Origin: Candidatus Omnitrophota bacterium
Lineage (GTDB): Bacteria > Omnitrophota > Gorgyraeia > Duberdicusellales > 4484-171
DNA: 64,000 nucleotides
Assembly: GCA_043823745.1 (NCBI GenBank)
Contig: JBDRAN010000013.1
Coordinates: forward strand, 818-64,817
Direction of reading: 5' to 3'
The stretch's first letter is position 1. Each line of letters opens with the position of its first letter. The notes under the pieces were generated by a model that had not been told where the DNA came from, ran no database searches, and was given only the letters and a program-made list of their open reading frames with translations. The translations under genes and the position numbers were made by a program. This document shows positions 29,406 through 40,475 of the stretch, one piece after another.

Positions 29406-30464
29406 ATGAAACATTTAGAGCTTCACATTCTGCAGTCGTTCCCGGTGACATGTCTTAACCGTGATGATCTTAATTCACCAAAGACCGCGATTTTCGGCGG
29501 TGTTCAACGCGCGCGGGTTTCAAGCCAATGCTGGAAGCGTGCGGTGCGGGAATTAGCACAAGAAGCGCTTCCCGAATTTTTTAAAGGTCAGCGTGGAAGG
29601 TTGATTGTAGAGCCGCTTAAGGCCGCTCTTTTAAAAGAAGGCCTTGATGAGGCCAAAGCAATTGAGGCCGCAAAAGAGATCGCGGATCATTTAGCGACGT
29701 ACGATAAAGACGCGGAAAAAAAGAATGGCGTAAAAAAGAATGGCGTAATAAGGGTAAAGACGGCATATTTTACAACTCAAGGCGAGATAAATAAATTGGC
29801 ACTGGCTTATAAAAAGAGTGGCGATGTCAAAAAAGCAGTAAAAGAAATCAAACCTGAAGATTTAAAAGATGCGGCTGATATTTCATTGTTTGGTCGTATG
29901 GTGGCAAGTGATCATACTCTTACTGTTGAGGGAGCGGCTATGTTTAGTCATGCGCTTTCTGTCCATAAGGTCGACAATGAGATCGATTATTTTTCGACTA
30001 AAGAAGATTTTCCTAATGTTGATGCAGGCGCTGCCATGACGGGTACCTTGGAGTTCAATTCGGCAACCTATTATCGTTTTGCCGCGCTTAATCTCGACAT
30101 GCTTTTTGATAAAGATCATCTTGCATGCCTTGACGCAGGAGAGCGGAAGAAGATCGTGAAAGCATTTGTAAAAGCAACTCTTGAAGCTGTGCCGGTTGCC
30201 AGAAGAAACTCTATGAACGGGGATGTCAGGCCAAGATACGTGTTGTGTGTTATTCGTGAAAAAGGGCATCCTGTTCAACTGGTTAATGCGTTTGAGGAGC
30301 CGATTTTCAGTAAAAACGGGCTTGTAGAAAAATCGGTTGAAGCGATCAAACAGGAATATAAATCCTTGAAAGAAAATTGGGCGTTATCGGCGGCAGCTGA
30401 AATCGAAATGCCTGAAAAAGGGATAACGGAACTCCTGTCGGAGGTAGAAAAACATGTCAGCTGA
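29406..30464 (+). CDS. cas7: Cascade backbone subunit Cas7e/CasC
   Basis: N-terminal LHILQSFPVTCLNRDDLNSPKT, a Cas7e signature; 352 aa. Confidence 0.85.
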   Translation: MKHLELHILQSFPVTCLNRDDLNSPKTAIFGGVQRARVSSQCWKRAVRELAQEALPEFFKGQRGRLIVEPLKAALLKEGLDEAKAIEAAKEIADHLATYDKDAEKKNGVKKNGVIRVKTAYFTTQGEINKLALAYKKSGDVKKAVKEIKPEDLKDAADISLFGRMVASDHTLTVEGAAMFSHALSVHKVDNEIDYFSTKEDFPNVDAGAAMTGTLEFNSATYYRFAALNLDMLFDKDHLACLDAGERKKIVKAFVKATLEAVPVARRNSMNGDVRPRYVLCVIREKGHPVQLVNAFEEPIFSKNGLVEKSVEAIKQEYKSLKENWALSAAAEIEMPEKGITELLSEVEKHVS

Positions 30465-31134
30465 AACTGTTATATTGGTATTGCGGCTTGAGGGGCCTAT
30501 GCAATCCTGGGGCTACGACAGCCAATTTAACCGGCGCAATACGGCGCTTTTTCCGACTAAAAGTGCGTTGGCTGGACTTTGTTGCGCTGCTATGGGACTG
30601 TCACGAGGATCGCGGGAGGAGAAAGAAGCTTTGCAAAAATATGCGATGGTAAAGCTTTTGTGTATCGCTGTGCCACGCCAGATAAAAAATAAGGATATCA
30701 TGGTAAAGCGCATGCAGGACTATCATACGGTACAGCATACTGTGTCGGCTGATGGCACACCCAAAAAGGATGCTGTTCTTACATATCGGCAATATCTGAA
30801 CGATGCTTTCTTCTATGCGTTTCTTGAAGGTGATAAATTGTTTCTTAAAGCAATAGCGGAAAAGCTGGTAAATCCTGTGTGGGGTATTTGGCTTGGCAGA
30901 AAAGCGTGCATCCCATCTGCGCCGGTATTCGCCGGTGTTTATCCAACAAGGGAAGAAGCCGCAAAAGCTCTTTTGAGTGGTAGTTCGCTTGAGGCGTTTA
31001 CGCGCGTTCAAGAAGTAGATTCGTTTGGCGATGGCATCGATTCGTATATGGATCAGCCGGTATCATTTGAAATGTACGCAAGAAAATTTGTACCGAGACG
31101 AGTCATGTTGCATGAAGCAAAGACTGTGGATTAA
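30454..31134 (+). CDS. cas5: Cascade subunit Cas5e/CasD
   Basis: N-terminal LVLRLEGPMQSWG motif characteristic of Cas5. Confidence 0.8.
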   Translation: MSAETVILVLRLEGPMQSWGYDSQFNRRNTALFPTKSALAGLCCAAMGLSRGSREEKEALQKYAMVKLLCIAVPRQIKNKDIMVKRMQDYHTVQHTVSADGTPKKDAVLTYRQYLNDAFFYAFLEGDKLFLKAIAEKLVNPVWGIWLGRKACIPSAPVFAGVYPTREEAAKALLSGSSLEAFTRVQEVDSFGDGIDSYMDQPVSFEMYARKFVPRRVMLHEAKTVD

Positions 31135-31150
31135 TGCTGGTGCGTAAAAT

Positions 31151-32351
<1,201 letters not shown>

Positions 32352-32454
32352 ATACAAAACAATAATAGTTAATTTGGTAAGCACTTTTTTAGGTTACCAA
32401 AGGTTTAAAACAATAAAAATAGTTTTTAGAGCCATTTAAAGCGAAAATAGAAGT
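32352..32454 (+). promoter_or_regulatory. CRISPR leader (AT-rich)
   Basis: About 100 bp of AT-rich sequence between the cas2 stop and the first repeat; the consensus repeats are at this end of the array. Confidence 0.5.
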
Positions 32455-33703
32455 ATGTTCCCCACACACGTGGGGATGAACCGCGTTATGTTCCCGTTTG
32501 CCACGGTAGTGCTGTATGTTCCCCACACACGTGGGGATGAACCGTTGACACGGACAGGGCATACGAACTGGACTATATGTTCCCCACACACGTGGGGATG
32601 AACCGAACAGGCTAAGGGGCGCGTTAATAAACTCATAATGTTCCCCACACACGTGGGGATGAACCGTAATCGATTGGCTTTGTATTTTTGCAGTCTTAAT
32701 GTTCCCCACACACGTGGGGATGAACCGTGCTTTGCCTATTTCGTTCGGATTGCCTTTATATGTTCCCCACACACGTGGGGATGAACCGCCTCGTGTATCT
32801 GTTGGCTGAGATTAGAGTTAATGTTCCCCACACACGTGGGGATGAACCGAAACATGAGAGTATATTTGAGAGGTTTCATCTATGTTCCCCACACACGTGG
32901 GGATGAACCGCAGCAAACCAAGCATAGATACTAGGCTGTTTGATGTTCCCCACACACGTGGGGATGAACCGCATAATAGGTTTATAAGCAGAAGTATTCT
33001 TGTATGTTCCCCACACACGTGGGGATGAACCGGTGAAGGAGGTCTAAATGAGCAAAACAATAAAATGTTCCCCACACACGTGGGGATGAACCGTTTTATA
33101 CTGCCTTGTGCCTCAAGGAGGGCTAATGTTCCCCACACACGTGGGGATGAACCGATTTGGCTAAGTATAAAAGTATTTGCAACTGTATGTTCCCCACACA
33201 CGTGGGGATGAACCGAGTTCGGCAATAATATTGGCTATGCGCTCGGCATGTTCCCCACACACGTGGGGATGAACCGCCGGATAAGGAGCTTACGGTTGAC
33301 ACGAAAGAATGTTCCCCACACACGTGGGGATGAACCGCTATCATGCATTGAGAATATCCAAGGGGTTGCATGTTCCCCACACACGTGGGGATGAACCGGC
33401 ATGATTATTTTCTCCTAATCGTTTATTGCGATGTACCCCACACACGTGGGGATGAACCATCCTCCGGCACAGTCATTGTCATAAACCAAGCATGTTCCCC
33501 ACACACGTGGGGATGAACCGCGCCTGCGTATCTGTGCCTGACTTGCCGATGTATGTTCCCCACACACGTGGGGATGAACCGAGACAGGACTCCCCCGCCG
33601 AGGGTTTAATTCTATGTTCCCCACACACGTGGGGATGAACCGGTCAAACCTCCACCCGCATTCAGCCTTTTTCAATGTTCCCCACACACGTGGGGATGAA
33701 TCG
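32455..33703 (+). CRISPR. CRISPR array, 21 repeats of 29 bp (ATGTTCCCCACACACGTGGGGATGAACCG) with 20 spacers of 32 bp
   Basis: Exact 61-bp periodicity starting at 32455. Repeat 17 (33431) carries two substitutions, and the terminal repeat 21 (33675) carries one (ccg>tcg). Resembles the E. coli type I-E repeat. Confidence 0.95.
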
Positions 33704-33723
33704 GAGTAGTTGAGGTCGCGCCC

Positions 33724-33771
33724 CGTCTGCCTGTCGGCAGACAGGATAGACAGGGGCGCGTGGATTGAAAC
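33724..33771. repeat. palindromic element at the array trailer (ctgcctgtcggcagacagg ... ggattgaaac)
   Basis: Related to the ctgcctgccgg/caggcag + ggttgaat elements at 17877 and 21744. Confidence 0.3.
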
Positions 33772-33891
33772 TTCGCCTTTCTGGCCGTGCTGCGTCGAGC
33801 ATTATCTTATAAAAGAAGGTTTGGCTTCCCACTCCGGAGGCTTTTAAAAACAGTACCGTAACTTTTTAAACATGGTATAATATTCCATTAT

Positions 33892-34401
33892 ATGAAAAGT
33901 CTTGTGATTTACTTTTCACATCGCGGCAATACCGCTTTTGTTTCACGGGCTTTTTACGACGCGCTCAAAAAACGCGGCGAGGCCTACCTTTTTGAGCTCA
34001 AATATGTAGGAGAAAAGAGCCTTCTGGTGCATCTTTTTTATCGTTTTTTTCCTTCCCGCGCGCAGCTTGCCACCGTGCCCACAGACTTACAGGATTATGA
34101 CGTTCTGTGCTTAGGGATCCCGGTACTCGGGGGGTACCCCTCAAGCGCTATTACGAAGTATGTCCAGATGATCTCAAGTCTTTCCGGGAAAAAAGTGATT
34201 TGTTGTTATGTGTATGGTATTGAAGCCAGTGCTGACCATTGCAGCCGGTATATGGAAAAAATCTTGTCGCGCGCCGGCAAACCCACCATTATTGAAGCCT
34301 ATGTTCCTTGGTATGACGTTTTACGGGAACATTTTATGGATAATATTATTGATAAATCTTTGAGTCAGTTGACTTCAGGCCCCACCATTTTTCAGGTTTA
34401 A
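33892..34401 (+). CDS. flavodoxin-like fold protein
   Basis: Begins MKSLVIYFSHRGNTAFVSRAF, the typical flavodoxin N-terminal phosphate-binding loop. Confidence 0.45.
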   Translation: MKSLVIYFSHRGNTAFVSRAFYDALKKRGEAYLFELKYVGEKSLLVHLFYRFFPSRAQLATVPTDLQDYDVLCLGIPVLGGYPSSAITKYVQMISSLSGKKVICCYVYGIEASADHCSRYMEKILSRAGKPTIIEAYVPWYDVLREHFMDNIIDKSLSQLTSGPTIFQV

Positions 34402-34420
34402 CGGAGCGATATCATCGACG

Positions 34421-34846
34421 ATGAGACAAGAGTTACCATCTCGTTTAGAAAATATTCCCCTCTTTCTTGCGCAGTGCCTCCAGTATTTAAACAGCGCTTC
34501 GTTGCCCGAGAGCGATATTTTTGATATCCGGATATCGTTAGAAGAGGCAATCGTTAATGCAATGAAGCACGGCAACCGGTTTGATCCCGCGCGGACCGTT
34601 GACATATCGCTTGAAATTTTTCCTTCGCGCGTGGTTGCCGAGGTAACGGATAAAGGGGTGGGGTTTGACCATGCAATGATTCCCGACCCCACGCATCAGG
34701 ACAATCTTAAAAAACCATCCGGGAGAGGTGTTTTTTTGATCAAACAGCTCATGGATGAGGTAGAATTTTTTGATTGTGGCCGCACGATAAAAATGATAAA
34801 ATTCATCAAACAAGGAGGCGCGCATGATACAACAGGAAAAAGTTAA
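34421..34846 (+). CDS. anti-sigma regulatory factor Ser/Thr kinase (RsbW/SpoIIAB-like HATPase)
   Basis: N-box-like EAIVNAMKHGN and G-boxes DKGVGFD / GRGVFLIKQLMD. Confidence 0.7.
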   Translation: MRQELPSRLENIPLFLAQCLQYLNSASLPESDIFDIRISLEEAIVNAMKHGNRFDPARTVDISLEIFPSRVVAEVTDKGVGFDHAMIPDPTHQDNLKKPSGRGVFLIKQLMDEVEFFDCGRTIKMIKFIKQGGAHDTTGKS

Positions 34847-35153
34847 TGATGTTTTAGTCTGCATTATTAACGGAGAAGTGAATATAACTACTTCCCCTGA
34901 GTTGCGTAAAGCCTTCGAAAAGATCATTCACGATAACCAGAAAAAGATCATTATTGATTTTACCCAGGTCACCTATATTGACTCGTCCGGCCTTGCGACG
35001 CTTATCGAGATGCTCCAGCGGCTGCGAAAAATCGGCGGATCGCTGCGCCTCGCCAATATGTCCCAGAAAGTAAAAAATGTTTTTGAGATTACCAAGCTCG
35101 CAAAACTCTTTGAGATCGCTGACACGCGCGAAGCAGCGCTTCTTAATTTTTAA
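34824..35153 (+). CDS. STAS-domain anti-sigma-factor antagonist (RsbV/SpoIIAA-like)
   Basis: 109 aa; conserved phospho-serine region TYIDSSGLATLIE. Confidence 0.75.
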   Translation: MIQQEKVNDVLVCIINGEVNITTSPELRKAFEKIIHDNQKKIIIDFTQVTYIDSSGLATLIEMLQRLRKIGGSLRLANMSQKVKNVFEITKLAKLFEIADTREAALLNF

Positions 35154-35355
35154 TGAGCCAGCATCTTTTGAAGCGAACGCAGTGAGTGCACAAAAGTGCG
35201 TCGGCGAATTATCCTGAGCCTGGCCGAAGGACGCGGCGAAGGGTAATGATATTTCAGCCAGCATCTTTTCCGAGAGTGAATGTGACTAAAAAGTGCGCAC
35301 GCAGAAGTATCCTTACGATAATACGTATTGAGAATCTTGCAGCTCCGCAATCGTT

Positions 35356-36144
35356 ATGATTTCTTCCATAGGAAAATTAATCATCGAAACACTCATTACC
35401 GCCCGAGACGTTCTGCGTCTTCTCATGAACATCTGCTATTGGATTTTCCTGGGGCCTGTCCGGAAAAAATTCGTTAAGCTTGACGCGGTTGCCTACCAGA
35501 TGGTATTTGTGGGTTTGCGGTCCGTTGTCATCGTTTTTTTTATCACGGTTTTTACCGGAATCGTCCTTGCCATGCAGACTGCCTATCAGCTTGAAAAGAT
35601 GGGCGCGGTGCTCTATGTGGCGTCTTTGGTCGCGATATCGCTCTGTCGCGAGCTAAGTCCGGTGCTCACCTCGCTTGTCGTCGCAGGCCGGGTCGGTTCG
35701 GCGTTTGCCGCTGAACTGGGCACGATGAAAGTAAGCGAGCAGATTGAGGCGCTGGAGACGATGGCAATTAACCCGGTTCGTTTTCTTGCCGCCCCGCGCT
35801 TCTTGGCGCTTCTGTTTATGCTCCCGTGCCTGACTATTATCGGGAATCTTTCCGGTATATTCGGCGGGTACCTGGTCGGCACTAACGCGTTGCATATTAA
35901 CGGTGACCTGTATGTGCAGACAAGCTTTAAATACCTTGAATTAAAAGATATTTTTACCGGCCTGATTAAATCCGTCATCTTCGCGATCATCATCGCGCTC
36001 ATCGGCTGCTACGAAGGTCTTAATACTCGCGGCGGCGCAGAAGGAGTGGGCCGAGCGACCACACGGAGTGTGGTGATCAGCTTTATCTTAATATTGTTAG
36101 CCGATTGTGTTGTTACCGCGTTCTTTTATTTCTCGAAGATGTAA
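35356..36144 (+). CDS. mlaE: phospholipid ABC transporter permease MlaE
   Basis: MlaE/YrbE family (ELGTMKVSEQIEALETMAINPVRFL); polytopic. Confidence 0.8.
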   Translation: MISSIGKLIIETLITARDVLRLLMNICYWIFLGPVRKKFVKLDAVAYQMVFVGLRSVVIVFFITVFTGIVLAMQTAYQLEKMGAVLYVASLVAISLCRELSPVLTSLVVAGRVGSAFAAELGTMKVSEQIEALETMAINPVRFLAAPRFLALLFMLPCLTIIGNLSGIFGGYLVGTNALHINGDLYVQTSFKYLELKDIFTGLIKSVIFAIIIALIGCYEGLNTRGGAEGVGRATTRSVVISFILILLADCVVTAFFYFSKM

Positions 36145-36176
36145 TGAGTCCTGTTTTTGCCTCTATTGATATTTTC

Positions 36177-36361
36177 GCAATTTCCTCCGCCGCAAAGCGG
36201 CGGGAAATTGCGAGAGAACCTATCGGGTGCAAAAACAGGATGAATTATCCTTCGGGGTGCCTTAATATCGTAAAAATTTCGTTAGGAAATTTTTACGAAG
36301 CACCACCGAAACCTATTGGCCGAAGCCTTTCTGGAAAATTTCAGATTGAGAAATTTTCCAG
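36177..36361. repeat. cluster of three palindromic hairpins with GAAATTT/AAATTTC cores in the mlaE-mlaF spacer
   Basis: Hairpin 1 (36177-36211): GCAATTTCCtccgccgc-aaag-gcggcgGGAAATTGC. Hairpin 2 (36269-36297): CGTAAAAATTTC-gttag-GAAATTTTTACG. Hairpin 3 (36331-36361): CTGGAAAATTTC-agattga-GAAATTTTCCAG. Homologous to 56040-56243. Confidence 0.5.
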
Positions 36362-36407
36362 ATATCAAGAGGCGAGGGGCAGTATGTAAAGAAAACTTTC
36401 TTAATCT

Positions 36408-37220
36408 ATGAGCTCAAAAGATTGCACCCCAGAGCCGATTATTTCGTTGCGGAATGTTTCTAAGTCTTTCCAGGGGAAAAAAACTATTGATAATGTAAGC
36501 CTTGATATTTTTTGCGGCGAAACCTTTATCATTATGGGTTGTTCCGGATCAGGCAAAAGCACCCTGCTGCGTCTTATGACCGGTATTCTCCGGCCCGACG
36601 AGGGAAGTGTTATCGTTAAAGGAACTGATGTCACCCGGTGCAGCCCCGATGAGCTTGATACAGTGCGCCGGTCCTTTGGCATGGTATTTCAGTACTCAGC
36701 GCTGCTCGATTCGCTTACGGTAGAGGAGAATATCGCGCTTCCCTTGCGTGAGCATACAAAGCTTGCCGATGATATTATCAGTATTATTATTAAGATGAAA
36801 CTATCTCTGGTCGGGTTGCGCGGGTATGAAAAGCATTATCCTTCACAGATTTCAGGCGGCATGCGTAAGCGTGTTAGCCTTGCGCGCAGCGTCGCGCTTG
36901 ATCCCGATATCGTTTTTTATGATGAGCCGACCTCAGGGCTTGATCCGGTGGTTGGCGGCGTAACCGATAAGCTTATCAAGGATTTGAGCGTCAAGCTTCG
37001 TATCACCTCGGTTGTAGTGACACACGATATGCAAAGTGTTTTTAGTATCGGAGACCGGATTGCAATGGTGCATAAAGGAAAGATTGTTGCCGTGGGTACA
37101 TCGAAGGAAATAAAGAGCTCACCCGACCCCTATGTTCAGCAGTTCATTAACGGTAATCCCATCGGCCCGATAGACTTTTTTAAAGAGGATATTGCGATTG
37201 AGGAAGTACTTGGTCTTTGA
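36408..37220 (+). CDS. mlaF: phospholipid ABC transporter ATP-binding protein MlaF
   Basis: Walker A (GCSGSGKST), ABC signature (LSGGMRKRVSLAR), Walker B (VFYDEPTSGLD). Confidence 0.85.
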   Translation: MSSKDCTPEPIISLRNVSKSFQGKKTIDNVSLDIFCGETFIIMGCSGSGKSTLLRLMTGILRPDEGSVIVKGTDVTRCSPDELDTVRRSFGMVFQYSALLDSLTVEENIALPLREHTKLADDIISIIIKMKLSLVGLRGYEKHYPSQISGGMRKRVSLARSVALDPDIVFYDEPTSGLDPVVGGVTDKLIKDLSVKLRITSVVVTHDMQSVFSIGDRIAMVHKGKIVAVGTSKEIKSSPDPYVQQFINGNPIGPIDFFKEDIAIEEVLGL

Positions 37221-37371
37221 TTAACGCGAATTTACGCGAATTAAAAGCGCTAATTACCGCGAATACGAGGGGCAGTAAATAGTATTTTATATTAACGTAT
37301 AAAAATTTTTTATATATTAGCGGTCATTCGCGTTGCTTAATTGGCGGCGATTAGCGTTTAAAAGGAGAAAG

Positions 37372-38031
37372 ATGAAAAAAATCACCAATGAGTTCAAAGT
37401 AGGGTTCTTTATTATACTTTGTATTACGGGTTTGGTTTACCTAACCTTTAGCACCGGCAAGGTGCAAGTTAAAAAGGAAGGGTACCGTATTTATGCTGTT
37501 TTTGATGAGGTGGCCGGTTTGAACAAAAAAGCGCCCGTTACCTTAAACGGCCTTGAAGTAGGTAAGGTCGAAGATATCACGGTCGTGTATGATGAGGAGA
37601 CGACAAAAATCAAGCTGACGCTCTGGCTCGATCAACGCGCCCGGCCGCGCAGCGATGCCGTTGTTTCCATAAAAACGATGGGCCTTATGGGCGAGAAGTA
37701 TATTCAGATTTCCTCCCGCGCCGGCCGTGATTTTATTGCCCCCGGGGCCGTATTGACCGGCAAGCCGTACATGGATCTCGATGTGGTGATGGAGCAGGCG
37801 CAAGTCTTGCAGGAAGGTATCGGCGGCCTGACCGATGAAGTTAAAAAGCTTGCCGTCGCTATCAATGAAACGGTTGATGAAAACAAAGATGATATCAGCC
37901 GGATCGTTGAGAATATTGAATCGGTCACCAAGAACTTTGAAGATTTCAGCGCTGACGTTAAGATGCATCCCTGGAAGATCTTATATAAAACTAAAGAAGA
38001 AAAGGTAAAAGGGAAAAGGGGGGAACAATGA
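37372..38031 (+). CDS. mlaD: MCE-domain protein MlaD
   Basis: N-terminal TM then MCE-like domain; follows mlaEF. ATG at 37372 preceded by AAGGAGA. Confidence 0.7.
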   Translation: MKKITNEFKVGFFIILCITGLVYLTFSTGKVQVKKEGYRIYAVFDEVAGLNKKAPVTLNGLEVGKVEDITVVYDEETTKIKLTLWLDQRARPRSDAVVSIKTMGLMGEKYIQISSRAGRDFIAPGAVLTGKPYMDLDVVMEQAQVLQEGIGGLTDEVKKLAVAINETVDENKDDISRIVENIESVTKNFEDFSADVKMHPWKILYKTKEEKVKGKRGEQ

Positions 38032-38795
38032 GACGGTTTCTTATTCTTTTTTTCTGTGTTGTATGTATTTGTTTTTCGGCATTCGCTCAAGACGTGAAAA
38101 TTGTAAGTGTCCGCGGCAAGGTCATGGTTAAAAAAGACCCCGCTGCGGCCTGGGCACGCGCCAAAGCCACCATGGTTATTGGCAGCCAGGCTGAAATTAA
38201 AACCGACGCTAAAGGAGAGTGCATGCTCTCCTTTGATGATCAAATGAAAAATGTGCTTACCATAAAAGGTAATTCGCAGGTCGCATTACAAAGTATACAG
38301 CCGGTTTCCCTCAATCTTGCACAAGGAAAGGTATTTGCTTTAATTGACGATATCAAGCGCGTTGAGAAGTTTGAAATCCGCACCCCTACCGTGGTTGCCG
38401 GTGTGCGTGGGACTGGAGAATCGGTCGAGTCAAATAATCGCGGCAGTACCGTGAAGTGTTTTGCGGATACGGTGTATGTGCAAGGTCAAGGTCAGGAACA
38501 GGCACTTACCGAGGGCTTTGGTATAACGGGCGATGAGCAGGGGTCACTTGGCGCGCGTTTTGGCTTAAGCGATACCGATATGAATGAATGGAGAAATTTT
38601 AAGGGTGATACAGAGCAGCGTCGCCGCGACGCGTTACGTTTCGGCGACGGCGCGAATAATCCTGCCGGCGCAGGCTTAGGTGAGTTAAAAGGCGATCGCC
38701 GCGATGATTATGGAGATGCGGTTTTTGAAAATGATCGTCGGGTTGAAAAAGACAGAGCAGATGGTGGGTCTTCTGGTGGGTATCCCGGCCCCTAA
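38028..38795 (+). CDS. secreted FecR-domain protein, paralog 1
   Basis: Signal peptide, then a FecR-like block (GECMLSFDD...ALQS...GKVFALIDDIKRVEKFEIRTPTVVAGVRGTGE). About 45% identical to paralogs 2-4. Confidence 0.55.
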   Translation: MRRFLILFFCVVCICFSAFAQDVKIVSVRGKVMVKKDPAAAWARAKATMVIGSQAEIKTDAKGECMLSFDDQMKNVLTIKGNSQVALQSIQPVSLNLAQGKVFALIDDIKRVEKFEIRTPTVVAGVRGTGESVESNNRGSTVKCFADTVYVQGQGQEQALTEGFGITGDEQGSLGARFGLSDTDMNEWRNFKGDTEQRRRDALRFGDGANNPAGAGLGELKGDRRDDYGDAVFENDRRVEKDRADGGSSGGYPGP

Positions 38796-38837
38796 AGCAG
38801 GGACATGCCTCTGTAACGATTGAATGGTTGGTGTCGC

Positions 38838-39611
38838 ATGAAGTATGTTAAATTTTTGATTATTTTTTTATTGGTTTTCTGTCCGGGTATCGTTTTAGCT
38901 CAAACCGCAAAAATAATCGATGTTAAAGGCGATGTGTCAGTGAAAAAAACCACCGCCGGCGCATGGGAACAGGCGACCACGAATATGTTCCTGGAGCCCT
39001 CGGCAGAGATAAAAACAGGCGCAGACTCTAAATGTACGCTTATCTTTGATGATGCCATGAAAAACATTCTCACCGTCAAAGAGGACTCGCAGATTACCCT
39101 GACGCAGACAAAACCGGTCGACATCGCGCTCGCACAGGGGAAGGTGTTTGCGTTAATTAATGATATCAAAAAGGTTGATAAATTTGAAATCCGTACCCCT
39201 AACGCGATCTGCGGTGTGCGCGGCACCGGTGAGACGGTTGAATACACCAACGGCTCAACCATTGCCCAGTGTCTGCTTGATGTGGTCAATGTCCAAGGCC
39301 TTGACGCAAATGGCATCCTGCAGAAGGCACTTGAGCTTCTGGCCGGGCAAGGTGTGACGATAGGGCCGGACGGGTTTTTAAGCGCTCCCTTTGAGCTCTC
39401 GGACTTTGATCGTAAAGCCTGGGAAGATTTCTCGAATCATATCGAATATATGCAGAGCGTGGAGAATCAGGATAAGAATCCAGACGATAGCTTAACTGGC
39501 GATCAACAGGGTGGTTTTCGCGACGGTCTTCTTGAAGATGAGCGGCGTAACGCGCGAGAAGAAGCTCCGTTGCAAGAGCGTCTTAGCCCGTGCGCGTCTG
39601 GAACATGTTGA
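38838..39611 (+). CDS. secreted FecR-domain protein, paralog 2
   Basis: Signal peptide; long DNA stretches nearly identical to paralogs 3 and 4. Confidence 0.6.
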   Translation: MKYVKFLIIFLLVFCPGIVLAQTAKIIDVKGDVSVKKTTAGAWEQATTNMFLEPSAEIKTGADSKCTLIFDDAMKNILTVKEDSQITLTQTKPVDIALAQGKVFALINDIKKVDKFEIRTPNAICGVRGTGETVEYTNGSTIAQCLLDVVNVQGLDANGILQKALELLAGQGVTIGPDGFLSAPFELSDFDRKAWEDFSNHIEYMQSVENQDKNPDDSLTGDQQGGFRDGLLEDERRNAREEAPLQERLSPCASGTC

Positions 39612-39671
39612 CTGTCCTGGTATTTGAGTTTCTGATAAGGGTAAAGATTTTACGAACAACGGGGAGGGAGC

Positions 39672-40463
39672 ATGAGGTCTAAAGCAATTATTATTAGTTT
39701 TATTTTTATGATGAGTGCGTTGTGCGCGCAGGCCGGATTTTCTCAATCTCAAGGCAAAACCACCGCAAAAATAATCGACGTCAAAGGCGATGTATCAGTT
39801 AAGAAAGCCACGGCTGGCGCCTGGGAGAAAGCAACGACAAATATGTTTCTTGATCCCCAGGCAGAGATAAAAACAGGCGCAGACTCTAAATGTACGCTTA
39901 TCTTTGACGATGCCATGAAAAACATTCTCACCGTCAAAGAGGATTCACAGATTACCCTGACGCAGACAAAACCGGTCGACATCGCGCTCGCACAGGGCAA
40001 GGTGTTTGCCTTAATCGATGATATCACGCGCGTTGAGAAGTTCGAGATCCGTACCCCGACCGCGGTCTGTGGCGTGCGCGGAACCGGTGAGACGGTTGAG
40101 TATGCCAACGGTTCAACCATCGCCCAGTGCCTGCTTGATGTGGTCAATGTCCAAGGCCTTGACGCAAACGGTATTCTTCAAAAAGCGCTTGAATTGCTTG
40201 CTGGCCAAGGCGTGACGATAGGGCCGGAGGGGCTTTTAAGCGCACCCTTTGAGATCTCAGAAGCTGACCGTCGGGCATGGGAAGGGTTCCTAAGCTATAT
40301 TGAATACTTACGCAGCATTGAGGAGAGCAATAAAACTCCCGAGGATACTTTCCTTGGTGATCAACAAGCCGGCTATCGTGATAGTCTTATTGAAGATGAG
40401 CGCCGCAACGCGAGAGAAGAGACGCCCCCGCAGGATGAAGGCCAGCCTTCTCCCAATGAGTAA
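39672..40463 (+). CDS. secreted FecR-domain protein, paralog 3
   Basis: Roughly 85-90% protein identity to paralog 2 by eye; GGGAGGGAG RBS. Confidence 0.6.
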   Translation: MRSKAIIISFIFMMSALCAQAGFSQSQGKTTAKIIDVKGDVSVKKATAGAWEKATTNMFLDPQAEIKTGADSKCTLIFDDAMKNILTVKEDSQITLTQTKPVDIALAQGKVFALIDDITRVEKFEIRTPTAVCGVRGTGETVEYANGSTIAQCLLDVVNVQGLDANGILQKALELLAGQGVTIGPEGLLSAPFEISEADRRAWEGFLSYIEYLRSIEESNKTPEDTFLGDQQAGYRDSLIEDERRNAREETPPQDEGQPSPNE

Positions 40464-40475
40464 TAAAGGGTGTAC

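Noticed and set aside
32389-33687. Series of minus-strand ORFs (85-135 aa) with recurring VHPHVCGEH...FIPTCVGNI peptides.
   Set aside because: They are translations of the CRISPR repeats and spacers. The periodic 61-bp DNA repeat explains them, so they are not genes.
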